Below are positions 1 through 8,560 of a stretch of 64,000 nt of DNA, in pieces. Position 1 is the first letter of the stretch. Every line of letters begins with the position of its first letter. The DNA lies in IMG/VR virus record IMGVR_UViG_3300024358_000009, positions 62,001 to 126,000 of that record, one strand, 5' to 3'. The translations under genes and the position numbers were made by a program. The notes beneath the pieces are model-generated. The model worked only from the letters and a program-made list of their open reading frames with translations. It searched no databases and was not told where the DNA came from.

Positions 1-1
1 A

Positions 2-739
2 AATTTAGAAAAATTTAAAAATGCCGGTTGTGAAATTATAGAAGCTGAAGATCAAGATGAACAGTTTTTTGTCATTAAAAATAGATTATGTATGGCTTTA
101 AGAAGAAGTCCGTGGGGTGAATCTTTATCGGATGAAGAAAAGATAAACAAAGTTAGAAAAGATATAACTACCAGAATAACATGCATTTTGGTAGTTAAAG
201 AAACAGAAAACAACATTGAAAACATTGTTAAAACTTTTAAATCTGCTATAGCACAAAAGATAAAGTTTCAAAATATACATTTTATTTTGGAAAAAAAATC
301 TAGTATTAAAATTGGCTCATTAATGAATGCTATTAAACCTATTGAGTGCGATATTCAATGGTTTGTTAAACAAATGGTTCATGACGACTTTTCTTTTAAG
401 GATGGAATAGATGAAATAGTTGAAAAAGAAAAGAGCGTATTTTCTGCTATATTCTTTTCTGGTTTTTCTATTCCAGAAGATTTTGTTCAATCTATAGATA
501 AAAGCATTAATGATGATTTAAACAGATTTATTATGCTTAAACCATACAAAGAAAATGGGTTAGTTTTTCAAAACAAATCTTTTAAAATCTTTGGTGGAAA
601 CAAAGACGCTATTAATGAAGAATTAAAAGTTAATTTTTCTTCGATTTTAGAAAAAGTTGATTTTATAGCAAAAGATCAAAATTTAACCAATTTGATTGGA
701 GACATAGAATCAATATGTCATTCGATAAAACAAGCGTAG
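2..739 (+). CDS. Hypothetical protein, 5'-truncated by the window edge
   Basis: The frame of ORF 92..739 stays open back to base 2 (NLEKFKNAGCEIIEAEDQDEQFFVIKNRLC-MALRR), so the true start lies upstream of the window. No family recognised. Confidence 0.6.
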   Translation, partial: NLEKFKNAGCEIIEAEDQDEQFFVIKNRLCMALRRSPWGESLSDEEKINKVRKDITTRITCILVVKETENNIENIVKTFKSAIAQKIKFQNIHFILEKKSSIKIGSLMNAIKPIECDIQWFVKQMVHDDFSFKDGIDEIVEKEKSVFSAIFFSGFSIPEDFVQSIDKSINDDLNRFIMLKPYKENGLVFQNKSFKIFGGNKDAINEELKVNFSSILEKVDFIAKDQNLTNLIGDIESICHSIKQA

Positions 740-1365
740 GTATATTTGTGTGTTTGGAAGAACGATCTTTATTTATAAAAGATTTTATCAAAAGTTTGTC
801 TCTAGCAGCAAATGATAACACTCATTTGCACATTGTAGATATAGATTCATCTTCTGATATAGATGAAAATATATTAGAGATGATTGGAGATATTCAATTT
901 GAAGATACTAAAGAAGAATTTGTTTCATCGAAAGGTAAGCATGGAAAATTAAATATAACTTTAACAAAGATGTGCAAGCGTAAAAAAGATATAGTTAAAA
1001 ATTATTATTTTTACGAATACATGACTAACTATGATTTAATAGGATTTTTTGAATCAAATGTAGTTTTTTACCCAGAAATATTAAAAAAGGCAGCTTCTTT
1101 ATTAAATAATGACAGCTTTATTTTTGGTTCTTGTTATTTTGATAATGATGTTTTAACTAAAAGTAATTTCAGGTATACAAATTATCAAAAGTCTTTTACA
1201 GTAGACACTTGTATCAATACGAATTTTTTTATAAATAAACTAGCAGCAGAAAGTATAAAGCCAGTTGAGTTTTTTCAAAAACAAAAGAACCCAATTTCAA
1301 TAATCGGCGAAAACTTTCTTTGCTATAAATTTTATGAAAAAGGCTTTATGGTAAAAGAACAATGA
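715..1365 (+). CDS. Divergent GT-A (GT2-like) protein, DxD apparently lost
   Basis: Starts with a hydrophobic beta strand (VGIFVC) and has HIVDIDSSS. YDLIGFFESNVVFYPEIL sits where GT2 enzymes have YIxFLDxDDxxxP. Overlaps both neighbours. Confidence 0.45.
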   Translation: MSFDKTSVGIFVCLEERSLFIKDFIKSLSLAANDNTHLHIVDIDSSSDIDENILEMIGDIQFEDTKEEFVSSKGKHGKLNITLTKMCKRKKDIVKNYYFYEYMTNYDLIGFFESNVVFYPEILKKAASLLNNDSFIFGSCYFDNDVLTKSNFRYTNYQKSFTVDTCINTNFFINKLAAESIKPVEFFQKQKNPISIIGENFLCYKFYEKGFMVKEQ

Positions 1366-2051
1366 GTATATGCGTTATAATACCAGCTGCCGGTATAGGC
1401 AAGCGTATGAAATCTCATGGTCCAAAAGCCAATATTCAAATAGATAAAAATAATACTGTAATAGATAGAATATTTTCTATTGTTAAAAGAAATTTTGAAA
1501 AAACAGAAAACATTGTTGTTGTTGGTTTTCAAAAAGAAAAATTAAATTTTAAAAATCAATCTGCAAAAATAGTATTTAATGAAAATTTTGAAAATACTAA
1601 TGTATCTAAATCAATTAATTTGGGAATATCTAATTCAAAAAGCAAAGATTGTTTGATTATATATGGCGATATAGTGTTCGATAAAAATATATTTAAAAAC
1701 TTTGATTCATCAACAAGTTGTATTTGGGTTGAAAAAAGCGAAAAAAGAAGTTCTGAGGTTGGAATAAATTTTGAAAATGGTATTGTTGAACACTTTAGTT
1801 ATGGAGTTTATCCAAAGTGGGCACACATAGTTTTTCTAAAAGAAAAAGACAAAGACATTTTTTTAAACATATCTAATAATGAAAAGACAAACAAATGGTT
1901 TGGTTTTGAGATTTTAAATAAGATGATAGATATGGGAGTTAAGTTTTCAATAAAAACAATAGAAGAAGTTGTTGAAATAGATACATATTTAGATATAAAC
2001 AAAGCAAAAAAGTTTGTGAGGAAAAATGAAAATACTTTGCAAGCAAGATAA
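1362..2051 (+). CDS. Sugar-phosphate nucleotidyltransferase (NTP_transferase/MobA-GlmU-LicC-like)
   Basis: N-terminal VIIPAAGIGKRMKSHGPK signature (GxGxR...PK), plus LIIYGDIVF and C-terminal EIDT. Confidence 0.85.
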   Translation: MSICVIIPAAGIGKRMKSHGPKANIQIDKNNTVIDRIFSIVKRNFEKTENIVVVGFQKEKLNFKNQSAKIVFNENFENTNVSKSINLGISNSKSKDCLIIYGDIVFDKNIFKNFDSSTSCIWVEKSEKRSSEVGINFENGIVEHFSYGVYPKWAHIVFLKEKDKDIFLNISNNEKTNKWFGFEILNKMIDMGVKFSIKTIEEVVEIDTYLDINKAKKFVRKNENTLQAR

Positions 2052-3036
2052 TGGCAAGTTTTATAGAAAATTATCGGCTTTTGGAAAAATATTTTCCGAT
2101 GTTGGTCATGAATTTGTTTTTTGGAATAATGAAAACAAGTCATCGTTTGACGCTTTTTATGAACAAAAACCAGATATATTTATTGCTGCTACATCGAGCA
2201 TAGATGAGTCATTGATTAAATGTATCAAAAAATATAGTGAAACAAAAATTATATTAGTTGGTTCTTTTATTTATAGAGATATTAAACATAAAAAATTTGC
2301 TACTGATAAAGAAATAGAACTAATTAAAAAACTAAAAGAAGAAACTGGCAAACCAGACATATTAATCGGAAATTGCACAGAAAAAACAATTTTCTGCATA
2401 AAAGAGTGGGAAAAGATTGGGTGTAAAATATTAGCTTCTCCATCAGCAGCCGATTTATATACTTCTATATATCCAAAAAAAGATGAAAAATTTATTTCTG
2501 ATATAAATTTTGTTGGTAATTTTACTGATTATAATTCAAAAAACTTAGAGAACATACTATACCCTTTGATAAATGATCCTAATTTAAGCGTTAAGATTTT
2601 TGGTAGAAAAGAGTGGCCAATAATTAATTATCTTGGTTTTATAAACAACAACTTTTTAAAAAATGTAATCTGTTCTGCAAAAATATGCCCAGTTATTTCT
2701 AGTTTGCATACTCAAGAATTTGGTTTTGATTGTCCTCAGTTTTTATTTGATGTTCTATCTTCTCACGGTTTTGCTGCTTGTGATTTTTCTGAAGATGCTA
2801 ATTTTTTGTTAAAAGACTATGTTGTTTTTGCTAAAAACACACAAGATCAACTTGAATATATTTATGACTATTTAAACAAAGATGATCAAAGAGTAGAAAT
2901 TTCTAACAATGCTTATAATTTTATTATGAATAATCATACATATCATCATCGTTTGATAGACATTTTAAAAGAAATTGATTTATCGGAAGTGGCAACAAGC
3001 GTAAATGATAAATTATTAAAGAGGAGAATTGCTTGA
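2026..3036 (+). CDS. CgeB-like GT-B glycosyltransferase (Glyco_trans_1_2)
   Basis: SDINFVG, LSVKIFG..W and a C-terminal AYNFIMNNHTYHHRL motif typical of CgeB-family proteins. Confidence 0.7.
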   Translation: MKILCKQDNGKFYRKLSAFGKIFSDVGHEFVFWNNENKSSFDAFYEQKPDIFIAATSSIDESLIKCIKKYSETKIILVGSFIYRDIKHKKFATDKEIELIKKLKEETGKPDILIGNCTEKTIFCIKEWEKIGCKILASPSAADLYTSIYPKKDEKFISDINFVGNFTDYNSKNLENILYPLINDPNLSVKIFGRKEWPIINYLGFINNNFLKNVICSAKICPVISSLHTQEFGFDCPQFLFDVLSSHGFAACDFSEDANFLLKDYVVFAKNTQDQLEYIYDYLNKDDQRVEISNNAYNFIMNNHTYHHRLIDILKEIDLSEVATSVNDKLLKRRIA

Positions 3037-3725
3037 TGTCTGTTTCTATATTATTAATTCCAGACAATAATAAAAAAAATTTAAAAAGATCTTTATATCA
3101 TATATCTAGATTTACTAATGAATTAATAAAGCAAGGTAATAAATTTGAACTGGTTGTGGTTGATGATGGAACATGTGATATAAATGAAGAAGTTGAAGCT
3201 TTTTCTATTACATATTTTTGGAAAACGATTAGACCTCATTATAATTCATTAGAAAAAATTGGAATAAATAAGTTATATAATTTTCATTTGTATTCTGAAT
3301 CTATAGGTTTTGAACATTGTTCATATGAAAAAATAATTAAAATTTCTGCAAGCACAATACCTTTTCAAGATACTTTAAAAAAACTATACGATTCAAGCTT
3401 AATTGATGGATGGAACTTAATAAATGTATATGGTATAGACCAGAGTATAGAAGATAGAATAGATTTATATGGAGTATTCTTTCCAAAAGAAACTATGGAA
3501 TTAAGTTTTTCCAATCCTATACAAACATCTTCATATACAAAATATGAAAGACCAATATTTGGAATTACTAATAAGAAATCGTATTGGTCTAATAATTTTA
3601 ACTACATAGAAAATAGCTATGCTCTTTCCTCTGTCGATTATTTTTTAAATGAAGAGAAAGAAATTAATTTAGATAAGTTTTCTATTTTAAAAAAAGACAT
3701 AGAAGTATTTAGCAATATTATATGA
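3036..3725 (+). CDS. Divergent GT2-like protein
   Basis: MSVSILL start and FELVVVDDGT motif. The second DxD position reads ISASTIP. Start is coupled to the upstream stop (TGATG). Confidence 0.5.
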   Translation: MSVSILLIPDNNKKNLKRSLYHISRFTNELIKQGNKFELVVVDDGTCDINEEVEAFSITYFWKTIRPHYNSLEKIGINKLYNFHLYSESIGFEHCSYEKIIKISASTIPFQDTLKKLYDSSLIDGWNLINVYGIDQSIEDRIDLYGVFFPKETMELSFSNPIQTSSYTKYERPIFGITNKKSYWSNNFNYIENSYALSSVDYFLNEEKEINLDKFSILKKDIEVFSNII

Positions 3726-4645
3726 TTATAACAAGAACTCCATTATCAATAAAAATATTAGGTTTTTTCACAGACCATAAAAATTGGTATGAAGAAAATA
3801 GTGGATCAACTATAGGTTTATGTTTAAACAAATATGTATATGTTTTAGGAAGATTTTTTAATAATTATGAAAAAAAGCAAGAAGATAACTGCGAATACAT
3901 CAAGGCGGTCAAAGCTTATTTAAAAATTATAAAAATAAGTTCAGAAGATATAAACATAGAATACTTTTGCGACTTGCCAAATAATTCAGGCTTATGTTTT
4001 AAACAGTCTTTAATTATTGGAATTTTAAAAACAATACTATGTCTTAAAAAGATTTACTTTTCTAATAAACAATTATCGTTAACCTGTAATGATATAATTA
4101 TAAATTATTTAAAAGAAGAATGTTTTATTTCGGATTCATTTTTTTGTACAAATGGTGGTTTAAATTATTCCAAAATAGATAAATTTGGTAATGTTTTATT
4201 AGCTGCCATTAAAGTAAACAAAGACCAAATTCAAGCTTTAATAAATCGCATAGGATTGTTTTATTTGGGCGATTTTCAAATAAAGCACGAAATACCAAAT
4301 AAACAAAAAAACAAAGAGATATGGTCAATTTTTAAGCATTGTGACGATGGCATATCAAATCTTTGTAATCAAATTGATATAAAATCTTTAATAAACAATA
4401 TTTCTTATTCGGCAAAAATAAAGAATACATCTTTCATATTACAAAAAGATTCAATTCATGATGAATTTGCAAATAAATGCACTTTTTCTAAAGTATCTAC
4501 TTATGATATAGATAGTGATGGAAAATTTGGGCTAATATATAACTCAGATGAAATAAAATCAAATAATTTAAATTTATTAAATTGTTTTAATAAAATTGAT
4601 TTTTCTTTAGATTTTTTTGGGAGTTCAATAATTTTATGCGAATAG
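3722..4645 (+). CDS. GHMP-kinase family protein (HddA/heptose-7-P kinase-like) with degenerate motifs
   Basis: MIITRTPLSIKILGFFTD...NKYVYV matches the HddA N-terminus (MIIsRTPLRIsffGGGTD). DLPNNSGLCFKQS corresponds to DLPxxSGLGSSS. Confidence 0.7.
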   Translation: MIITRTPLSIKILGFFTDHKNWYEENSGSTIGLCLNKYVYVLGRFFNNYEKKQEDNCEYIKAVKAYLKIIKISSEDINIEYFCDLPNNSGLCFKQSLIIGILKTILCLKKIYFSNKQLSLTCNDIIINYLKEECFISDSFFCTNGGLNYSKIDKFGNVLLAAIKVNKDQIQALINRIGLFYLGDFQIKHEIPNKQKNKEIWSIFKHCDDGISNLCNQIDIKSLINNISYSAKIKNTSFILQKDSIHDEFANKCTFSKVSTYDIDSDGKFGLIYNSDEIKSNNLNLLNCFNKIDFSLDFFGSSIILCE

Positions 4646-5106
4646 GTTTTGCAATAGAAAATGATTGTAATTCACAATTAATACATTCTATTTTTGAACA
4701 AACTAAATATTTTATAGGAGATGTAATACTTTTTTGCGAAAACAAAAGCAAGCCATTGTTAAATTATAACTTATCAACTTTTTCTATAGATGATTCTTTT
4801 TACTTCATAAATTCTCCATTAGTTGCTACTAATATTAAAACTGCTAATAGTATTTTAACGAATGGTTCTAATTCCAAAAAATACCTCTATCTTTATGACT
4901 TAGAATGGTATAAAAAAATAAATTCTTTGAGCTATGATTATTTTGAATCTATTTATAGAAATAGTAAAATCGATATTATTGTTGAAAATGAAGAATATGC
5001 AAAATTATTTTACAAGTGCTGGAATAGAGAACCTTGTTCTATCATACCAAATTTTGACTTAAACAAACTTTATAGGTTGTACTATGGACACACAAAAAAT
5101 AATTAA
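4636..5106 (+). CDS. Hypothetical protein, possibly a GT-B half-domain
   Basis: 156-aa ORF coupled to neighbours, with LVATNIKTA...YLYLYDLEW. Family assignment is tentative. Confidence 0.45.
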   Translation: MRIGFAIENDCNSQLIHSIFEQTKYFIGDVILFCENKSKPLLNYNLSTFSIDDSFYFINSPLVATNIKTANSILTNGSNSKKYLYLYDLEWYKKINSLSYDYFESIYRNSKIDIIVENEEYAKLFYKCWNREPCSIIPNFDLNKLYRLYYGHTKNN

Positions 5107-5854
5107 TTGTTACTTAAAAGAAAATATGTCCACCTATGAAATAGCTAGGAAATTTAAAACCTATCCTAATAAAATTAGGCGTGAGTTAATTAAAAATGGA
5201 ATTGAAATTAGAGATCATTCAGAAGCACAAGCTAAAGCTTTGCAGACTGGAATTGCCAAACATCCAACAAAAGGTAAAAAAATTAAGCAGGAAACAAAAG
5301 AAAAAATTGGCGAATCTATGATGAACTCTTGGAAAAATATGGATTCAAAAGAAAGAAAAAGGCGGTCTGAAATATCCAGAAAAAATTGGGAGGCAATGCC
5401 AGAGTCAAAGATAGAAGACATGAGATATGAAAGTTCTTTAGCTATTAGAAAAGCTTCCATTGAAGGAAGCAAAATGGAAAAATACTTAATGTCTGGCCTA
5501 ATACAGTTAGGTTATTCAACATCGATGCACTATCTTTTTGCAGAAAAACAGCATGTTGATTTATTTGTGTCTTTAAAGCTAAAACATTTTAAGGGAATAG
5601 CCATAGAAGTTGATGGGCCAACTCATTTTAAGCCAATTTGGGGAAAAGAGCATTTAAGTAAGCAACAAAAAAGTGATAATAAAAAAACCGGCCTTTTATT
5701 ATCTAATGGGTTCGTTTTAATTAGAGTGATTACAAAAGGTGAAGATTCTGATATTCGCATGAAAAAAACCTTGATCAAGATAGATGAGACGATACAATTA
5801 CTGAAGTCAGGAAGCAAAGAAAACTATTTTGAAATTTTTACTGAGGAGTTTTAA
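5084..5854 (+). CDS. DUF559/Vsr-like endonuclease with N-terminal HTH and NUMOD3-like basic repeats (putative homing endonuclease)
   Basis: MSTYEIARKFKTYPNKIRRELIKNGI (HTH-like), GKKIKQETKEKIGESM (NUMOD3-like), and C-terminal HVDLF...IAIEVDGPTHF...D..K...L...GF.LIRV. Confidence 0.75.
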   Translation: MDTQKIINCYLKENMSTYEIARKFKTYPNKIRRELIKNGIEIRDHSEAQAKALQTGIAKHPTKGKKIKQETKEKIGESMMNSWKNMDSKERKRRSEISRKNWEAMPESKIEDMRYESSLAIRKASIEGSKMEKYLMSGLIQLGYSTSMHYLFAEKQHVDLFVSLKLKHFKGIAIEVDGPTHFKPIWGKEHLSKQQKSDNKKTGLLLSNGFVLIRVITKGEDSDIRMKKTLIKIDETIQLLKSGSKENYFEIFTEEF

Positions 5855-6519
5855 TGTCTGAAAACGAAAAGCCAAGTTTTAATTCTCCAGAGTGGAACGA
5901 CTATGTTCTATCTTTATTCACTAACGAAGAATTAGTTGATGGAAATCCTACTGTAGATGGATTACGAAGAGTAACTGAATTAGTATTAGGCAAGATAGTC
6001 AGTACTAGGGTTGATATAATTCAATCGCCAACCATGTCAAATGGCTATTGCTGTGTTTTAAAGTATAAAATAAAAATTATTACTGAAGACGAAGAAAAAA
6101 ATATATTGTCTTATGAAGCTGCTGCTGATTGTAGTGCGTCAAATTGTGATGCTAGATTTGCAGTATTCGCTACAGCTGTGGCAGAAACAAGGGCTGAAGG
6201 AAGAGTTTTAAGAAAAGCTCTTAGACTTAGAAAAGTCATTGCAGCTGAAGAAGCTGCTGCCGTTCCTCATGAAGATTCACTTTCTGATGGAAAAATTACT
6301 CCTACTCAGATAAAATTTATTGAGGTGCTTTGTCAGAGGAATGATATTAATATTGTTAAGTATCTTTCTGCTGCAAAAGACTTTAAATTTACTGGACGAT
6401 TAGAAGACATTCCTTATAAGAGTGCTGTAACTGTTATAGCACACTTAAGCGAAATGCAGAGGAATAACGCTTCTATCTCCCCCAAGTTCAAGGGTTTTGA
6501 ACAAGAATGGAGAAAATGA
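5854..6519 (+). CDS. Putative Rad52/Sak-like single-strand annealing protein
   Basis: AVAETRAEGRVLRKAL helix resembles the (A/C)ETxAxGRAL motif of phage Rad52-like SSAPs. The C-terminal KITPTQIKFI helical domain is typical of SSAP tails. Confidence 0.5.
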   Translation: MSENEKPSFNSPEWNDYVLSLFTNEELVDGNPTVDGLRRVTELVLGKIVSTRVDIIQSPTMSNGYCCVLKYKIKIITEDEEKNILSYEAAADCSASNCDARFAVFATAVAETRAEGRVLRKALRLRKVIAAEEAAAVPHEDSLSDGKITPTQIKFIEVLCQRNDINIVKYLSAAKDFKFTGRLEDIPYKSAVTVIAHLSEMQRNNASISPKFKGFEQEWRK

Positions 6520-6887
6520 TGAAGGCTAATGTAAAAGTGCATTTTGGCACAATTGAAATTGATGGAGATAGCGTAAAAGATATCTTCAGGGAAATGGCAA
6601 ATGTCCATGAAATTTTCAATGAATCAAAATGTGGTTGTTGCGGTGGAACTGATATCAGGCCAAGTACTAGAAATGTAGAAAAGAACAAGAAAAATTATGA
6701 ATACTTTGAATTTGTATGCAACAATCCAAAGTGTAGGGCGAGATTAAACTTTGGCCAGCGTCAGGACGGCGGTGGCTTATTCCCAATTAGGCGATTAGAT
6801 GAAAATGGAAAACCAGATCGTGAAAATGGACAATATGGGCCTCATAATGGATGGTCAAAATATCGTGGAGAAGCAAAAGAAGAGTGA
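6516..6887 (+). CDS. Zn-ribbon protein
   Basis: CGCC and CNNPKC cysteine pairs. Start 6516 overlaps the upstream stop (ATGA). Confidence 0.6.
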   Translation: MMKANVKVHFGTIEIDGDSVKDIFREMANVHEIFNESKCGCCGGTDIRPSTRNVEKNKKNYEYFEFVCNNPKCRARLNFGQRQDGGGLFPIRRLDENGKPDRENGQYGPHNGWSKYRGEAKEE

Positions 6888-6961
6888 TTTTATATCAACT
6901 ATTTTGCTAACTAATAGCTATATTGCCGATAGGCTTAAAGCTATGACTGTGGATGATTTAA

Positions 6962-7001
6962 AAGGGGAGATTGAATGGTTTGAAAAAACCGATCTCCCCT
7001 T
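6962..7001 (-). terminator. Intrinsic terminator at the convergence of the + and - transcription units
   Basis: Perfect 10-bp inverted repeat aaggggagat...atctcccctt with an inner ggttt/aaacc stem, followed by TTTTAAAT on the minus strand, about 50 nt downstream of the last late gene. Confidence 0.7.
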
Positions 7002-7048
7002 CTCATCTGATATGAAATTGCTATTTGAAAATGAACTTAACAGCAGGA

Positions 7049-7717
7049 TTATAGATACTCAAGGCTTACATAAAGCCCATACTGAGTCTTAGATCCAATT
7101 CCGGTTGGAGAAGCACTTAAAGCAACATACCAATCGTGTCTTGTTCCAGATCCAGTAGTATTTCCAACTGGATTTAAACCACTAGTTCCTGGATTATTAC
7201 GCAAAGGTAAATATGTTCCAGTTTCAGTAACATTTGTCCAAGAACCAGATCCAGATCCAGAAACAGATTGGAATGGACTTGGATGAACTACTTCATAAGC
7301 AAATGTGCTAACACCGCTGGCTTTATTTGCAATACTATTACGATCATAAATAATAACTTTAGCGTTCTGTGTGCGAACAGATGTAGTTGGATGAGTAAAT
7401 CTAATATTTAATGTAGATAAATAATTTGGTATTCCAGTGACTGGAATAGATGTCGAGCTTCCTGGTGTTTCCTGACCCAAAATAGCAGATCCAGCTGCTG
7501 TCCATTTAACATTTCTAGCTTCATGACCTTGGGTAACACCAGAGCTATCAGTTACAAATGTTCTTTCCTGAAAACTATTTACTTGAACAGATGTACCAAA
7601 GCCATTTCCATAAAATCCAAGACCACTACCAACAGCAGCATTTATGTTAAAATCACCACTAATATCTGGAACACTAGTGCCTGGATTAACATAAAACGAT
7701 ATGCTTGGAGTACTCAT
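7049..7717 (-). CDS. Putative virion structural protein
   Basis: 222 aa, rich in Gly/Ser/Thr and beta-forming residues. Last gene of the morphogenesis operon, with RBS aggagag. Confidence 0.55.
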   Translation of the reverse strand: MSTPSISFYVNPGTSVPDISGDFNINAAVGSGLGFYGNGFGTSVQVNSFQERTFVTDSSGVTQGHEARNVKWTAAGSAILGQETPGSSTSIPVTGIPNYLSTLNIRFTHPTTSVRTQNAKVIIYDRNSIANKASGVSTFAYEVVHPSPFQSVSGSGSGSWTNVTETGTYLPLRNNPGTSGLNPVGNTTGSGTRHDWYVALSASPTGIGSKTQYGLYVSLEYL

Positions 7718-7746
7718 TATATTTCTCTCCTATTATTCATTAATAA

Positions 7747-8559
7747 TTACACCATTTTTGAATCTTCAAACCTTTGAATAGCCTCTAAAAGTTCATGTGA
7801 ATACATTTCTTTTGCAAAATGTTCAATTATTTCGCCACAATCTAATCCTAACTCATTCCATCCTATTAAATAATTAACAACTCTGTCAATAAGGTTTAAT
7901 TTATAAGGAACTCCATTTGGGCGACCAAATCTATGTAACCACATTAAAAATGGTAAACATAAGGTTCTACCACCTCTTTGTCTTACTTTTTCTTGAATAT
8001 AACCTTCTTCCGCACCAAAACCCTTAAACTTTCGATTAAAACCTGGCCAAGACGACTTTTTCATGCAAAACAAACCCATGCCTTGCATTGGTATGTCAAA
8101 CGGCTGTCCTGATTGTACTTTAGGATCTGTTCCCCAAACGCCATACATATGACCAGACCAAACTGGATTAAAATGAGTGGCTAAATTGTCCATATCATCA
8201 TAAATAAGTGGACCTTGTAGCAAATCTTTATCTGGCCTGTTTATTGCAATATAGTCTTTTAAATTTCTTATAGCGTTTGGATATAGTAAAATATGCGAAT
8301 CTATACATAAAACATATTCTTTAGTGGCTCGTTCAAAAACAAAATTTTTAGCTTCTGATGGAGTGTGAGCAGCAGACGGTTCATGGTAATACTTTACACG
8401 CATAGAATTGCAAGTTTCTTCAAGTGTTTTACAACCTCTTTCTTCAGTATCTATAATTAAGATTTCACAATCTGATATGTCTTGATACATACGCAGTGCT
8501 TGAGTTGTAAAATAACAACCATCAAAATCTTTATATGTAGGAAGACCGATTGTTAACAT
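7747..8559 (-). CDS. GT-A glycosyltransferase resembling polypeptide O-HexNAc transferases (GT27/GT60-like)
   Basis: LTIGLPTY, ILIID, EYVLCIDSHILL (DxH), and IPMQGMGLFCM...GFGAEE...KVRQRGG...LP...LHRFGR. Likely start at MLTIG (8559), just after the upstream stop. Confidence 0.8.
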   Translation of the reverse strand: MLTIGLPTYKDFDGCYFTTQALRMYQDISDCEILIIDTEERGCKTLEETCNSMRVKYYHEPSAAHTPSEAKNFVFERATKEYVLCIDSHILLYPNAIRNLKDYIAINRPDKDLLQGPLIYDDMDNLATHFNPVWSGHMYGVWGTDPKVQSGQPFDIPMQGMGLFCMKKSSWPGFNRKFKGFGAEEGYIQEKVRQRGGRTLCLPFLMWLHRFGRPNGVPYKLNLIDRVVNYLIGWNELGLDCGEIIEHFAKEMYSHELLEAIQRFEDSKMV

Positions 8560-8560
8560 T

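Noticed and set aside
1-5106. Bacterial chromosomal LPS/capsule locus
   Set aside because: There are no Wzx/Wzy/ABC export genes, and the cluster is directly contiguous with phage recombination and morphogenesis genes of the same composition.
6799-7092. 97-aa plus-strand ORF
   Set aside because: It overlaps both flanking genes and runs through the terminator hairpin at 6962-7001.
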